Of a DNA stretch of 64,000 nt, positions 48,040-58,822 are shown in pieces (position 1 is the first letter of the stretch; every line of letters begins with the position of its first letter). The translations under genes and the position numbers were made by a program. The stretch is from an uncultured delta proteobacterium (GTDB taxonomy: Bacteria; Myxococcota_A; Polyangia; Fen-1088), in contig CAVYGB010000002.1 in the NCBI GenBank assembly GCA_963767925.1, positions 416,001 to 480,000 on the forward strand, given 5' to 3'. The notes beneath the pieces are model-generated. The model was given only the letters and a program-made list of their open reading frames with translations. It was not told the DNA's origin and did not search any database.

Positions 48040-49728
48040 ATGGCGAGCCGACTGGCACGACGCGAAGGCCCGGGCGGGCGGATCGCGCGGGCGGCCCTGG
48101 TCCTGGCCCTGGCGCTCGCGGGAGCCAGCGGGTGCGCGGGACCGTTTCGCTGTCCCGCCGCCGGGGGGCCGGCCTGGCGCGAGCTCTCGAGCCAGCACTT
48201 CGCCCTGGCGACCGATCTCCCCGCCGAGGAGGCGCGCGAGGCGGTCGAGGATCTGGAGGACTTCCGGGCCACCCTCATCGCCACCGCCTGGCCCCGGCTC
48301 GAGACGCCGCCCGGGCGGGTACGGGTGGTCATCGTGGGGCGCGAGATCGACTGGCGCGCCTTCGAGGACACGCGCGATGGGTTTTACACCGATGCCCTGT
48401 TCCAGCCCTTCATCGCCCTGCGGGCGGGGGGCAGCGACACGACCCGGCTGCGCATCCGCCACGAGCTGACCCACCACCTCAGCCGGTTTCACGTGCGCAC
48501 CCAGCCCGACTGGCTGGCCGAGGGGCTGGCCACCTTCTTCGAGACGCTGGTGCACGACCGGGCCAGCGGCGAGGTCCTCATCGGGCTGCCCCAGCCGGCC
48601 CACCTGAACCTGCTGGCCCAGCAGGGCAAGCTCAAGGTGGCCGAGACCCTCGACGGCTCGCTCAAGGGCGAGGACCAGGGCGTGTTTTACGCCACGAGCT
48701 GGCTGATGGTGCACTACTTCATCAGCCGGCAGCGGGAGGCGTTCACCCGCTACATGCGCGCGCTCGACGGCGGGACCGCCGCCGACCTGGCCTGGCGGCA
48801 GAGCTTCGGGGACCTGTCGCCCGAGGTCCTGCAGGCGGAGCTGCGCGGCTACGGCCGCATCGGCCACTCCCTGGTGGTCAGCGGGCGCTACCGCCCGCCC
48901 GATCCGACAATCGCCGAGCGCCCCCTGCCCGACGCCGAGGTGCACGCCCTGCGGGCCCTGCTGCACCTGCGAGCGCTGGCCAGCGAGGCCAAGCCCGCCG
49001 CCCGCGAGCGGGCCCGGGCCGAGCTCGCCGAGGCGCTCCGGCAAGATCCCCACAACGTGCTGGCCCAGGCGGTGCGCACCTTCGCCCTCGACGAGCCGCC
49101 CGATCGGCCGGCCGCGCGCGCGCTGACCACGCAGGCGCCGGAGAGCTGGCTGGCCTGGCTGGTGCGCTACCGCGCCGAGGGGGGCACCCTGGCCACCGTC
49201 GAGGGCCGCCGGTCGGCGCTCGCCGCCGTCCGCCTCGCCGCCGCCAACCCGGCCGTCAAGCTGCCCCTGGGCCCCGCCGGACCGCTGTTCACCAGCGCCG
49301 CGCCCGAGCTGCGCGCCTGCCCCGCCACGCCGCCGCCGCCCCTGCGGGCCCACCTGCAGGCCACCCGGGGGCTGGCCGCCTGCCCCTCCGGCCCGCCGCT
49401 GTCGGCCGAAGACGCCCTGGCCGAGCTGCGGGCCATCGTCACCTCCGACGTCTCCTGGTGCTTCTTCGATCTGCCGACCTGGCGCCCGCTCACGGTGGCG
49501 ATCGACATCGACGAGCGCGGCCGCCCGGCCGCGATCTGCCTCGACCGCCCCGCGCCCGCGGCGGCAGCGCCCCCCGATCCGGCCGCCGATCCCGAGCTGG
49601 CCGCCTGCGTGACCCGGGCCCTGGCGCCGCTGGCCTTCCCCGCCCTGCCCACCTGCCCCCGCCAGCGCCTGTTCCAGCTCGCCCCCGCCACCGACGGCCA
49701 CGTCCAGGTCTTCGGCTCCGCCCGCTGA
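48040..49728 (+). CDS. DUF1570/gluzincin-like lipoprotein with TPR-like region
   Basis: ASGC lipobox, WRELSSQHF.LATD, HELTH, PDWLAEGLATFFET, FYATSWLMVHY. Confidence 0.8.
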   Translation: MASRLARREGPGGRIARAALVLALALAGASGCAGPFRCPAAGGPAWRELSSQHFALATDLPAEEAREAVEDLEDFRATLIATAWPRLETPPGRVRVVIVGREIDWRAFEDTRDGFYTDALFQPFIALRAGGSDTTRLRIRHELTHHLSRFHVRTQPDWLAEGLATFFETLVHDRASGEVLIGLPQPAHLNLLAQQGKLKVAETLDGSLKGEDQGVFYATSWLMVHYFISRQREAFTRYMRALDGGTAADLAWRQSFGDLSPEVLQAELRGYGRIGHSLVVSGRYRPPDPTIAERPLPDAEVHALRALLHLRALASEAKPAARERARAELAEALRQDPHNVLAQAVRTFALDEPPDRPAARALTTQAPESWLAWLVRYRAEGGTLATVEGRRSALAAVRLAAANPAVKLPLGPAGPLFTSAAPELRACPATPPPPLRAHLQATRGLAACPSGPPLSAEDALAELRAIVTSDVSWCFFDLPTWRPLTVAIDIDERGRPAAICLDRPAPAAAAPPDPAADPELAACVTRALAPLAFPALPTCPRQRLFQLAPATDGHVQVFGSAR

Positions 49729-49756
49729 GGGCGCGGCCGGCGGGCCGCTGCGAGCG

Positions 49757-49816
49757 CCCCTCACCCTTTCCCTCTCCCCGCGGCGGACCGCGGGGCGAGG
49801 GCAAACGGGCAGCGGA
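49757..49816. repeat. REP-like hairpin element (variant) between convergent genes
   Basis: CCCCTCACCCTTTCCCTCTCCCCGCGGCGGACCGCGGGGCGAGGGCAAACGGGCAGCGGA. Confidence 0.8.
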
Positions 49817-49824
49817 GGGGTCGG

Positions 49825-50604
49825 CTACTTGTAGTCGAGGACGACGATCTCGGCGGCGCCGGGCTTGGCGGCCTTGGCGGCGGCCAGGGTGAGGGTGTTG
49901 CCCTTGTGGCGGCGGACCTTCTTCTTGCCGGCGAGAAAGGCGTCGACCGGGGCCAGCTCCTTGATGGTGAGGACGTCGGTCTTGTAGTGCATCGGCACCA
50001 CGATCAGCCGCGGCTTGAGCTGGGCCAGCACCTTCGTCGCCTGGGCGGCGTCGATTGTGTAAAAGCCGCCCACCGGCACCAGGGCCACGTCGACCGCGCC
50101 GATCTCGGCGACCTGCTTGTCGCTCAGCAGGTGGCCCAGATCCCCGAGGTGGGCGACGCGCAGGCCGTCGACCTCGAAGAGGAAGACGGCGTTGAGCCCG
50201 CGCTTCTTCCCCTCCTCCTCGTCGTGGTAGACGCCGACCGCGCGGATGGCCACGTCCTTGATCTTCTCGTCGATCGTGTTCCAGCCCTTCTTGTCCTCGC
50301 TGAGGCCGCGCAGGATCTTGGGCTTGCCGTTCACCAGGGCGACGTTGTTGTGATCCCCGTGCTCGTGGCTCACGGTGATGGCGTCGGCGGCGAGGGCGGC
50401 CGGCGGGGTGTAGCCGATCCCCGCCGGCAGCGGATCCATCACCACGCGCGCGCCCGCCTTGCTCTCGAGCAAGAAGAAGGCCTGGCCGAACCAGGTCAGC
50501 TTGGTGGCCGGGGCCTGCGCGCGCGAGGCTGTCGCCACCACCAGCGCCATCCCGGTCAGCAGGACCGTGTAGAGGACCCGGGCCCGGATTCCGATCTTCT
50601 TCAT
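49825..50604 (-). CDS. Secreted MBL-fold metallo-hydrolase
   Basis: Signal peptide, SHEHGDHN, YHD, HLGDLGH, PVGG, PMHYKT. Confidence 0.92.
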   Translation of the reverse strand: MKKIGIRARVLYTVLLTGMALVVATASRAQAPATKLTWFGQAFFLLESKAGARVVMDPLPAGIGYTPPAALAADAITVSHEHGDHNNVALVNGKPKILRGLSEDKKGWNTIDEKIKDVAIRAVGVYHDEEEGKKRGLNAVFLFEVDGLRVAHLGDLGHLLSDKQVAEIGAVDVALVPVGGFYTIDAAQATKVLAQLKPRLIVVPMHYKTDVLTIKELAPVDAFLAGKKKVRRHKGNTLTLAAAKAAKPGAAEIVVLDYK

Positions 50605-50752
50605 GGGCGCAAGCTAGCGCCGAAGCGAAAGCTTGGCTACCGCGGCTGCCGGCTTGGCCACCAGCCTGGCGCGACCGGTCAGCCCGGACGGACGAAGCAG
50701 CTCGCGAGCGAGCCCGCCGTCAGCCCTCGCCGAGCGCGGGGCCGGAGCGGGC

Positions 50753-50980
50753 TCAGCTGCGCAGCTCGGACTCGGCCTTGAACCAGTGGTCGAGGTGGCG
50801 GCCTTGCGGGCAGCCCTCTTCGAGGTAGATCAGATAGGCCCGTCGGGCCACGTCGGTCTCGGTCTGCACGACGGGCGTGGCCACCGCGCGCGAGCGCTTG
50901 GCGGCGACCGTGCGGCGGCTCTTGCGGTTGACGTTCACGGTTGTTGTGTCGGTGCTGGTGCTGTCGTTGGAGTTGGGCAT
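50753..50980 (-). CDS. DUF2934 domain protein
   Basis: VARRAYLIYLEEGCPQGRHLDHWFKAESEL. Confidence 0.9.
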   Translation of the reverse strand: MPNSNDSTSTDTTTVNVNRKSRRTVAAKRSRAVATPVVQTETDVARRAYLIYLEEGCPQGRHLDHWFKAESELRS

Positions 50981-50986
50981 GCCGCC

Positions 50987-51015
50987 AACGTGCGGCCACT
51001 CGCGGCGGCTGTCAA
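50987..51015 (-). promoter_or_regulatory. Sigma70-like promoter giving a probably leaderless DUF2934 mRNA
   Basis: TTGACA-N17-CACGTT, 6 nt before the ATG; T-tract upstream. Confidence 0.5.
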
Positions 51016-51207
51016 AAAAATGCTTGACTACCCGATCGTCGACGGACGTTTGGTTACTTGTCGGAAAAACGAGGGCCCGGGCGCGACCCCGGCGTCATCT
51101 TTGCAACCCCCCCCGCCGGCACCCCCGAGAGACCTGAGGCCGGCCGCTGTCGGCGCCCGGATCCGCCCCGCCCCGCCCAAACTTCTTCCCTGCAGCGCAG
51201 ACACCCC

Positions 51208-51259
51208 TGAAATGGCATTCTCTCCACCTCATCAATAACCGCCGAGCTGACGATGGCTT
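51208..51259 (+). ncRNA. Degenerate or variant fluoride (crcB) riboswitch-like element upstream of sucA
   Basis: TGAAATGGCATTCTCTCC-N11-AACCGC-CGA-GCTGACGATGGCT follows the GGAGATGGCATTCCTCC...AACCGC...GCTGATGATGCCT layout, with a weakened P1 and one pseudoknot mismatch. Confidence 0.45.
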
Positions 51260-51285
51260 GGCCACGCAGGATCAACCCTTTACCC

Positions 51286-54200
51286 ATGTCTGAGCCAGAG
51301 ACCCCGGACGGTTCCTGGGAGGTGAGCCCCTCCAACCTGTCGTTTGTCGAGGACCTGTACCTCGCCTATCTGCAGGATCCCACTTCCGTGGACGAGACCT
51401 GGCGGGCGCGCTTCGCCGCCGTCGCCGGTCAGGACCCGAGCGCCGGCCTCCGCCGCACGCTCCGTCCCCCGCCCACCTCCCCCTCCAGGAACGGACACCC
51501 CTCGAACGGGAGCAGCAACGGCGAGCCGGCCAATGGCCACCGGGCGGCCGAGCCCGCCCCCCGCGCGCTCCCCCCGTCCCGTTCCCCGGGCGGCGACGGG
51601 CGGCGCACCGACAGTGGCGCCCTGGTGTCGCTGCGCGGTCCCCAGTCCGGCTCGCCCGAGCCGACCGGGGGCGAGCCGAGCGGCCCCGAGCAGACCTCAC
51701 TCGCCGCGGCGGCCGCCCAGCGGGCCATCGAGGGCAAGCGCGTCCGCCGCCTCATCGAGGACTACCGGGAGATGGGCCACCTGTCGGCGGCCCTCGATCC
51801 CCTGGGCCTCAACGTCCGGCGGGCCCGGCCCCTGCGCCTGGCCGACTACGGCCTGACCGAGGACGACCTGGAGGGCCTGGTCGAGGCCGAGGGGATCGCC
51901 CAGGGCCGGCCGGTGCGCCTCGGCGAGCTGATCGAGCTGCTCGAGGAGACCTACTGCCGCCACATCGGGGTCGAGCTGGCCCACATCTACAGCAACGAGG
52001 TGCGAGGCTGGCTGCAGAGCCGCATGGAATCGACCCGCAACCGGGTGCGCCTCACCCGCACCGAGCAGCTCCAGCTCCTGACCCGGGTCACCGAGGCGGA
52101 GGTGTTCGAGCAGTTCCTCCAGACCAAGTTCCTGGGAGCCAAGCGCTTCTCGCTCGAGGGGGCGGAGAGCGTCATCCCCCTGCTCGACCGGATCATCGAG
52201 CGCTCCTCGCGGGCTGGCGTCACCCAGATCGTCATCGGCATGGCCCACCGGGGCCGCCTCAACGTGCTGGCGAACGTGCTCGGCAAACCCCCGGCCGAGA
52301 TCTTCTCCGAGTTCCTCGACCGGGCCACCGACCTGCGGGGCGACCCGGGCGGCGACGTGAAGTACCACCTCGGCTACTCGAGCGACCGGGTCACCAGCAC
52401 CGGCCGGGTGCACATCTCGCTCACCTTCAACCCCAGCCACCTCGAGTGGGTCGACACCGTCGTGCAGGGCCGCATGCGCGCCAAGCAGGACCGCATCGGC
52501 GACCGCAGCCGGACCCACGGCCTGCCCATCCTGCATCCACGGCGACGCCGCCTTCGCCGGGCAGGGCGTGGTGGCGGAGGCCCTCAACATGTCGGGGCTC
52601 GACGCCTACAACGTGGGCGGCACGATCCACATCGTCGTCAACAACCAGATCGGCTTCACCACCAGCCCGCGCGACGCCTACCCGACGAACTACCCGACCG
52701 ACGTCGCCCGGATGTTGCCCATCCCCATCATCCACATCAACGGCGAGGACCCCGAGGCGCTGGCCCAGGCCGTCGACCTGGCCGTCGACTTCCGCCAGAC
52801 CTTCCACCGCGACGTCATCATCGACATGTGGTGCTACCGCAAGCTGGGGCACAACGAGGCCGACGAGCCCACCTTCACCCAGCCCATCATGTACAAGGCC
52901 ATCGCCGGCCGGCCGCCGCCCCGGGTGGCCTACCTCGACCACTTCACCCGCGCCGCCACCGACAAGGCCATCACCCCCGCCGAGGCGGAGGACATCGCCG
53001 CCAGCAGCCGGGCCACGCTCGAAGCAGGCGCTGATCGAGTCGCGCAAGGCGCAGGCCCCCACCCGGCCGAGCACCTTCTCGGGCGTCTGGTCGCGCGTGC
53101 GCGGCGGGCCCGACTCGGCGGTGCGCGACGTCTCGACCGTCGTCTCGGAGGACGCCATCGCGGCGGTCGGCCACTCGCTGTCCACCGTGCCGCCGAGCTT
53201 CACCCCCCACCCCAAGCTGGTGCGCCTGCTCAAGGACCGGGCGGCCATGGCGGCCGGGGACAAGCCGATGGACTGGGGCATGGCCGAGGCGCTGGCCTTC
53301 GGCACCCTGCTGGGCGAGGGGATCCGCGTGCGCATGTCGGGGCAGGACGTCCGGCGCGGCACCTTCAGCCACCGCCACAGCGTGCTGGTCGACTACAACA
53401 CCGGGGCCGAATACACCCCGCTCGAGCACGTGGCCGAGGACCAGGGGGCCCTCGAGATCCGGGACAGCGCCCTGTCCGAGGCGGGCGCCCTCGGCTTCGA
53501 ATACGGCTACAGCCTCGACATGCCCGAGGGGCTCGTGATCTGGGAGGCCCAGTTCGGCGACTTCGTCAACGGGGCCCAGGTGATCATCGATCAGTTCCTG
53601 GTCTCCTCGGAGGCCAAGTGGAATCGGGTCAGCGGGCTGGTGCTGCTGCTGCCACACGGGATGGAGGGCCAGGGCCCCGAGCACTCGAGCGGCCGGCTCG
53701 AGCGCTTCCTCAACATGTGCGTCAACGACAACATACAGGTCTGCAACGTCACCACCCCCGCGCAGTTCTTCCACCTGCTGCGGCGGCAGGTGATGCGCCC
53801 CTATCGCAAGCCGCTCATCGTGATGAGCCCCAAGAGCCTGCTGCGCCACCCGGCGGTCGTCTCGACCCGCGAGGAGCTGACCCGCGGCCGCTTCCAGCAC
53901 GTCATCCCCGACACGACCGTCGATCCCCGGGGGGTCGACCGGGTGCTGCTGTGCAGCGGGCAAGGTTTACTACGACCTGGCCGCCGCCCGCGAGGTGCAC
54001 GCCCGAAACAACGTGGCGATCATGCGGGTCGAGCAGCTTTATCCACTGCGCCCCGAAGAGATCCTGGAAAATCTCTCCATGTATTCCGAAGGCATCCGGG
54101 TCACCTGGGTGCAGGAAGAGGCCCGCAACATGGGCGCCTGGACCTACATGAACCGGGTCCTGCCCGCGCTGCTGGTCAGCTCGTTCAAATGGACCGGGGT

Positions 54201-54348
54201 CAGCCGACCCCTGTCCGCCAGTCCCGCCACCGGCTCCCTGTCGCGCCACAACCTCGAACATGCGAAGCTGATCGAAGAGGCGCTCGGACTCCCCCCGGGC
54301 AGCGTCATCGTCGACAAGGGACAGATCAAAAAAGGCCCCGTGTTATGA
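51286..54348 (+). CDS. sucA: 2-oxoglutarate dehydrogenase E1; +1 frameshifts near 52534, 53023 and 53960 (alternative start 51253)
   Basis: [88 protein letters not shown]. Confidence 0.95.
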
Positions 54349-55693
54349 GCACCCTGTACCTGAAAGTGCCGGCTCTCGGTGAATCGATCGCCGAGGCCAT
54401 GATCGGCAAGTGGAAGCGCGCCGAAGGGGAGTCGGTCAAGGCGGACGAGCCGCTGGTCGAGGTCGAGAGCGACAAGGCCACCGTGGAGCTGCCCGCTCCC
54501 GGGGGCGGCGTCCTCCGGCGCATCCTGCACAAGTCCGGCGCCACCGTCGCCATCGGCGAGGTGATCGCGGAGATCGAGGAGGGGGCCACCGCCGCGGCCC
54601 CCGCGGGCAACGGGGCGGCCGCGGCCAAGGCGGCCGGCGGCACGCCCCAGCCCGGCCCGGAGGTCGCCCAGCTCGGCGCCCCCACCCCCACGCTCCGCCC
54701 CGACGGCAAGGCGCAGCCGGCCGAGCCGGCAGACGACGAGCCGGAGCACGAGGACGGCGGCGCGGTGAAGGGCTCACCGGCCGTGCGGCGGCTGATGGCC
54801 GAAAAGGGGCTCTCCGCCCACGACGTGCGGGCCAGCGGCCCCGGCGGCCGCATCGAGCGCGGCGACGTCGAGCGCGCGCTCGAGGCCCGGCGGCAGGCCA
54901 GCGAGGCCTCCAGCGAGGCGCTGAGCGAGGCGGTGCGCGAGCGCTCCGACGACCGCGACGGCGCCCGCCAGGGCCGCCCGGCCCGCCCCCCGGCGAGCGC
55001 GAGCGCCTGGTCCCGATGACCCCCCTGCGCAAGACGGTGGCCCGGCGGCTGCTCGAGGCCCAGAACAGCGCCGCCATCCTCACGACCTTCAACGAGGTCG
55101 ACATGAGCGAGGTCATGGCCCTGCGCGAGCGCTTCCAGGACGGCTTCGTCAAGCGCCACGGCATCAAGCTCGGCTTCATGTCCTTCTTCGTGAAGGCGGC
55201 GGTCGACGCCTTGAAGAGCTTCCCCATCGTCAACGCCGAGGTGCGGGGCAACGACATCCTGTACAAGGACCACTACGACATCGGGGTGGCGGTGGGCGGC
55301 GGCAAGGGCCTGGTGGTGCCGGTGGTGCGCGAGGCCGACCGCCTGTCGATGGCCGAGATCGAGAAGACCATCGCCGACCTGGCCAGCAAGGCGAAAGAGA
55401 ACCGCATCCAGCTCCCCGACCTCGAGGGCGGGACCTTCACCATCTCCAACGGCGGCATCTACGGCTCGATGCTGTCGACGCCGATCCTCAACCCGCCCCA
55501 GAGCGGCATCCTGGGCCTGCACAACATCCAGAAGCGCCCGGTCGCGGTGGGCGACCAGATCGCCCTGCGCCCGATGATGTACGTGGCGCTCTCCTACGAC
55601 CACCGCATCGTCGACGGCCGCGAGGCCGTGCAGTTCCTGGTCCGCATCAAGGACTGCATCGAAGCCCCCGAACGCCTCCTGATCGAGGTGTAG
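54345..55693 (+). CDS. sucB: Dihydrolipoamide succinyltransferase E2; frameshift in the linker at about 54.9-55.0 kb
   Basis: ATGA overlap with sucA; lipoyl domain VESDKA, E3-binding [40 protein letters not shown]. Confidence 0.95.
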
Positions 55694-55713
55694 GTCAGCG
55701 AGCAAGGCCGCCC

Positions 55714-56496
55714 AGACCCCTCACCCCTCCCTCTCCCCGCTCCGCGGGGCGAGGGCGAACGGGCAGCGGAGAAGGCGGAAATTCCGGGGAAAGCCGCCGT
55801 CCATCGCCTGCCCATCCATCGTCAGGGGCGGTGGGGATCGGGGGGAAGTGGCGCACCTGGATAGTCGTTCGCCCTCGCCCCGCGGCAGCGGGGAGAGGGA
55901 GAACGGGCAGCGGAGAAGGCGGAATTTCCGGGGAAAGCCGCCGTCCATCGCCTGCCCATCCATCGTCAGGGGCGGTGGGGATCGGGGGGAAGTGGCGCAC
56001 CTGGATAGTCGTTCGCCCTCGCCCCGCGGCAGCGGGGAGAGGGAGAACGGGCAGCGGAGAAGGCGGAATTTCCGGGGAAAGCCGCCGTCCATCGCCTGCC
56101 CATCCATCGTCAGGGGCGGTGGGGATCGGGGGGAAGTGGCGCACCTGGATAGTCGTTCGCCCTCGCCCCGCGGCAGCGGGGAGAGGGAGAACGGGCAGCG
56201 GAGAAGGCGGAATTTCCGGGGAAAGCCGCCGTCCATCGCCTGCCCATCCATCGTCAGGGGCGGTGGGGATCGGGGGGAAGTGGCGCACCTGGATAGTCGT
56301 TCGCCCTCGCCCCGCGGCAGCGGGGAGAGGGAGAACGGGCAGCGGAGAAGGCGGAATTTCCGGGGAAAGCCGCCGTCCATCGCCTGCCCATCCATCGTCA
56401 GGGGCGGTGGGGATCGGGGGGAAGTGGCGCACCTGGATAGTCGTTCGCCCTCGCCCCGCGGCAGCGGGGAGAGGGAGGGGTGAGGGGGCTCCGGCG
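55714..56496. repeat. Tandem array of 5 x 144 bp units bracketed by inverted full REP-like elements
   Basis: Units start at 55757, 55901, 56045, 56189 and 56333; left element 55714-55761 and right element 56443-56496 are in opposite orientations. Confidence 0.97.
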
Positions 56497-56564
56497 AGGC
56501 TCAGCACGGCGGGGCCGTGGTTGTGTGTGGCAGTAACTAAAGTAAGGGTTCATACTACATGTAG

Positions 56565-56957
56565 ATGAACTACGTTGCGGTTCGACGGTCCGGGACGGTC
56601 TGGCGGGAGGTGCTTCGGGGGGCGGATGCCTCGACGCCGCGCCGGCGGGGGCAGCACCTCGAGACCCAGCAGCGGCTGGGGATCGTGCCCACCTGGACGT
56701 TCTGGAACCGGCGCGACGTCTGGCGGCTGGCCCGCTGGTACGCGCACCCGATGACCTTCGTGGCGCTGCAGGCGGGCTTCTGGGTGCCGACCTGGCTCGA
56801 CCTCGCGCCGGCGGCCCGCGTGCTGGCCTCCCCGGCGATCGGCGTCGGCGTGCTGGCCCTGGCCCTGGGGGCGCTCGAGCGCTACATCCGCAGCCGCCTG
56901 CCGGGGCGCCGGGCCCGGCCGTCCAGCACGGCGCTCACGGCCGCCCGCGCGCGCTGA
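56565..56957 (+). CDS. Hypothetical membrane protein
   Basis: 130-aa ORF with two hydrophobic segments after an AT-rich promoter-like patch. Confidence 0.55.
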   Translation: MNYVAVRRSGTVWREVLRGADASTPRRRGQHLETQQRLGIVPTWTFWNRRDVWRLARWYAHPMTFVALQAGFWVPTWLDLAPAARVLASPAIGVGVLALALGALERYIRSRLPGRRARPSSTALTAARAR

Positions 56958-57045
56958 CGGCGCTGGGATCCGATAAGGCGGCGTCAGGCGCGCTCGCCTC
57001 CCGGAGGCGGCGTCAGTCGCTCGCGCTCGCCTCCCGAAGGCGGCG

Positions 57046-58317
57046 TCAGTCGCTCTGGGCTTCCGCGGCGGCGGTGACTTCGCCGAGGCGGCGGAGCAGG
57101 TAGGCGCGCTGGGCGGCGTTGGTGGCGAGGGCGAGGGCGCGCTCGTAGGCAGCGCGGGCCAGGGCGGGGCGGCCGGCGCGGCGGAGGAGGTCGGCGCGGG
57201 CGGCTGGGAGCAGGTAATAGTCGCGCAGCTCGTCGCGGGCCTCGATGCGCGCGATCCAGTCGAGGCCCTGCCAGAGGGCGTCGGGGCCGCCAGTCATCGC
57301 CAGCGCCACCGCGGCGTTGAGCTCGACAACCGGGGTGGGCAGGTCGCGCAGCAGGCCGGCGTAGAGAGCGGCGATCTGGGGCCAATCGGTGTCCTGCGGG
57401 CGCGGCGCCCGGGCGTGGAGCGCGGCGATGGCCGCCTGGACCTGGTAGGGGCCGGGCCGGCGCAGGGCCAGGGCGTCGTCGAGCACCGCCAGCCCCTCGG
57501 CGATGGCCGCCTTGTCCCAGCGCGTGCGGTCCTGCTCCTCGAGCGGCACGATCTCACCCGAGCGGGCCAGCCGCGTCTCCCGCCGCGAGTCGTGCAGCAA
57601 CATGAGGGCCAGCAGCCCGCGCGCCTCGGTCTCGTCGGGCAGCAGGTCGACGACAAGGCGCCCCAGGCGGATCGCCTCGGCGGCCAGATCGTGCCGCACC
57701 GGCGCCTCGCCGCTGGTGGCGGCGTAGCCCTCGTTGAAGACCAGGTAGACCACCTCGAGCACGGCGGCCAGTCGGGCGCCAAACTGATCCCGGGCCGGGA
57801 CCTCGTAGGGGATGCGGGCCGCGAGGATCTTCTTCTTGGCCCGCACCAGCCGCTGCGCGGTCGTCACCTCGGGCTCGAGGAAGGCGCGGGCGATCTCGGC
57901 GGTGGAGAGCGAGCACAACGTGCGCAGGGCCAGGGTCACCTGCACGGTCTGGCTCAGCGCCGGGTGGCAGCAGGTGAACAGCAGCCGCAGGCGGTCGTCG
58001 GGCAGCTCGTCGGGCAGCTCGTCGGCCTCGGGCTCCTCGGGGGCGGGGGCCGGACGCTCCGGGACGACGCCGACCGGCCTGGGCGCCGTCCGCCGCCGCC
58101 GGAGCAGGTCGATGGCCCGTCGGCGGGCGACGGTGGTCAGCCAGGCGCTGGGGCGAGCGGGGATGCCCTCCTCGCTCCAGCGCTCGAGCGCCCGGACGCA
58201 GGCGTCCTGCAGCGCCTCCTCGGCGATCTCGAAGTCGCCGACCGAGCCGATGAGCGCGGCGAGGACCCGGCCCCCCTCCGCGCGCACCACCGCCTCGATA
58301 GCCTGCTTTCCGGGCAC
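57046..58317 (-). CDS. ECF42-type RNA polymerase sigma factor with C-terminal TPR extension
   Basis: AEEALQDA, DDRLRLLFTCCHPAL, AQRLVRAK, YLVFNEGY, LEEQDRTRW, GPYQVQAAIAALH, TDWPQI; YciI gene upstream. Confidence 0.93.
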   Translation of the reverse strand: MPGKQAIEAVVRAEGGRVLAALIGSVGDFEIAEEALQDACVRALERWSEEGIPARPSAWLTTVARRRAIDLLRRRRTAPRPVGVVPERPAPAPEEPEADELPDELPDDRLRLLFTCCHPALSQTVQVTLALRTLCSLSTAEIARAFLEPEVTTAQRLVRAKKKILAARIPYEVPARDQFGARLAAVLEVVYLVFNEGYAATSGEAPVRHDLAAEAIRLGRLVVDLLPDETEARGLLALMLLHDSRRETRLARSGEIVPLEEQDRTRWDKAAIAEGLAVLDDALALRRPGPYQVQAAIAALHARAPRPQDTDWPQIAALYAGLLRDLPTPVVELNAAVALAMTGGPDALWQGLDWIARIEARDELRDYYLLPAARADLLRRAGRPALARAAYERALALATNAAQRAYLLRRLGEVTAAAEAQSD

Positions 58318-58343
58318 CGTCGGTCAGGCTATCACGCGTCCGA

Positions 58344-58700
58344 TCAGGACTTGGGGATCTCCATGATCGGGCGCACCTCGATCGAGCCGTAGGCCGCGCC
58401 CGGGCACTTGGCCGCCCAGGAGAGCGCCTGATCCAGGTTCGCCACGTCGATCAGGTAAAAGCCGCCGAGCTGCTCCTTGGTCTCCGCGAAGGGCCCATCG
58501 GTGTTGCGGGCGCTGCCGTTGCGCACCCGCACGGTGGTCGCGGTTCCGATCGGCTGCAAGGCCTCGCCCCCGCGCATGACCCCCGCGGCGCCGAGATCCT
58601 TCGTGTATTGCATCCAGCGGGCGAAGTCCTGGTTCTGCTCCTCCTGGGTCATCTTCCCGGCCTGCTTCTCGTCTCCGTAGATCAGGATCGCGTACTGCAT
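58344..58700 (-). CDS. YciI/DGPF-family protein
   Basis: TDGPFAETKEQLGGFYLIDV, GSIEVRPI. Confidence 0.95.
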   Translation of the reverse strand: MQYAILIYGDEKQAGKMTQEEQNQDFARWMQYTKDLGAAGVMRGGEALQPIGTATTVRVRNGSARNTDGPFAETKEQLGGFYLIDVANLDQALSWAAKCPGAAYGSIEVRPIMEIPKS

Positions 58701-58753
58701 GGTGGGTCTCCTCGTCATCGTCATGGGCCGGACTGCCCGGCTTTCAGCGAAAC

Positions 58754-58779
58754 GACGCAGGCCCCTCCCCGGATCGACA
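58754..58779 (-). promoter_or_regulatory. Putative ECF42 autoregulatory promoter (TGTCGA-N16-CGTC)
   Basis: Minus strand gaTGTCGA tccggggaggggcctg CGTC with an A8 tract upstream, ahead of yciI-ECF42. Confidence 0.7.
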
Positions 58780-58822
58780 TCCCCCCTGCATTTTTTTTCG
58801 GGGCTCGTACGCAGCGCGGCGA

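Noticed and set aside
51286..55693. sucA and sucB as pseudogenes or programmed frameshift genes
   Set aside because: All catalytic motifs are intact and the sucA indels follow the merged-synonymous-codon pattern seen in unrelated genes, so an artefact is more likely.
55695..56568. Repeat-protein ORFs (211-270 aa) or a CRISPR array in the 144-bp tandem region
   Set aside because: The 144-bp period keeps several frames open on both strands; there is no RBS or codon bias, and the units are identical.
56975..57055. Three AGGCGGCGTCAG-containing direct repeats at the ECF42 3' end
   Set aside because: Looks like a local slippage duplication of the gene end; too short and irregular to suggest a function.
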